Assembly: GCA_001662655.1 (NCBI GenBank)
Contig: KV460208.1
DNA: 64,000 bases
Direction: 5' to 3' (one strand)
Origin: Pseudogymnoascus verrucosus
Taxonomy: Eukaryota
In this document: positions 63,190 to 64,000 of the stretch, piece by piece
How positions within the stretch are numbered: position 1 is the stretch's first letter
Layout of the letters: every line of letters begins with the position of its first letter
Program-made: the position numbers and the translations under genes
Notes under the pieces: model-generated
Database searches by the model: none
What the model was told of the DNA's origin: nothing
Seen by the model: the letters and a program-made list of their open reading frames with translations, nothing else

Positions 63190-64000
63190 TCAGCTATTGT
63201 GTGAGCTACAAGCGACCTCTAAAACAGACATGGCACTACCAAACGGTTGGACAACATTGACCAGCTGCAGATTTGGATCGGTAGCAGCAAGCAGATTTTC
63301 CCAATCCTCCAAATCTCTCTCTTTACTGTTGAAAGCCTGCATCATGGTCAGGTCTCTGACGCGTACGATACGCTCTACAGAAACTGGCACCGACCCTGGC
63401 GCTGGAAGCACCGTGTCCATGATAAGTAACCTCGAATTTGGTCTGTCGGCCATAGCCGCGACGATGCTTCTGATAATAGTGGCAGCTTCATTGTCAGGCC
63501 AATCGTGGAGGATCATTCTAAGGAGATATACATCTGCGCCACGCACTGGCTGCGGCTGCATAAAATCGTGCGCTTGGAAGGTAAGGCGAGATGCAACATC
63601 AGCAGGCAATGACTCTGCCGCTTTTTGCCCAATGTCTACGTTTGCAGGCAGGTCTTCTACCACAAAGTTGAGATTGGGAAATGCCTTGGCAAGCTCTATA
63701 GCAGCGCCGCCAGTGGATCCTCCGACCTATGCAGAGCGACAAGATTAGCAGAGTCCGCACCACGGGGTATAGTTTAGTCTTTCTGGAAATAAAACTCACA
63801 TCGACGACTGTCCCATTATCACAGATATCACTCCATTGGTAACCAGCCACAAGATGTTTGAAGTCAACGCCTTCGCTGCTCCTCACATTCCGCATGTACC
63901 TCGCAAACTCGCCCATCTTTTCTTTGTCCCGCGAAAGGTGATCGAAGAATGGCAGATCAGTGTCGAAGGCAACATTGTACGCCGTCTCATACGTGCGCGT
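63190..64000 (-). CDS. SAM-dependent O-methyltransferase (Fsr2-like), 5' part outside window
   Basis: GYQWSDI..GTVVD / VGGSTG (intron ~63799-63728), VVEDLP, HDFMQPQPVRGADVYLLRMILHDWPD, RDLTMMQAFNSKER. Confidence 0.9.

Noticed and set aside
1..64000. Transposable elements
   Set aside because: No transposase, reverse transcriptase, integrase, LTR or TIR signatures recognised.

Overview
Intron-containing DNA from a filamentous ascomycete; the species cannot be fixed from sequence alone. 1-14 kb holds housekeeping-type genes: the 3' part of a peroxisomal (SKL) 4-coumarate-CoA-ligase-like enzyme, a small secreted Cys-rich protein, an Mhp1/Gip3-like LRR protein and an ACS-family MFS permease. About 15.1-49.0 kb is an apparently complete hybrid PKS-NRPS biosynthetic gene cluster with an unusual accessory set: trans-enoyl reductase, two P450s (CYP52-like and CYP617/FUM15-like), an ATP-grasp ligase, a PydY-like putative pericyclase, three atypical membrane proteins and a divergent pair of ankyrin-repeat regulators. 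It also has an embedded tRNA-Val gene and a shared promoter motif. I cannot match this gene combination to a characterised pathway from memory, and it is the main candidate novel system. An internally deleted kinase relic (49.4-50.5 kb) separates it from a second cluster at 51-64 kb that resembles the fusarubin/PGL pigment cluster (Fsr1-like NR-PKS with terminal reductase, AflR-like Zn2Cys6 factor, O-methyltransferase) and runs off the window end. Family assignments come from motif recognition, not database searches. Intron boundaries were read by eye.
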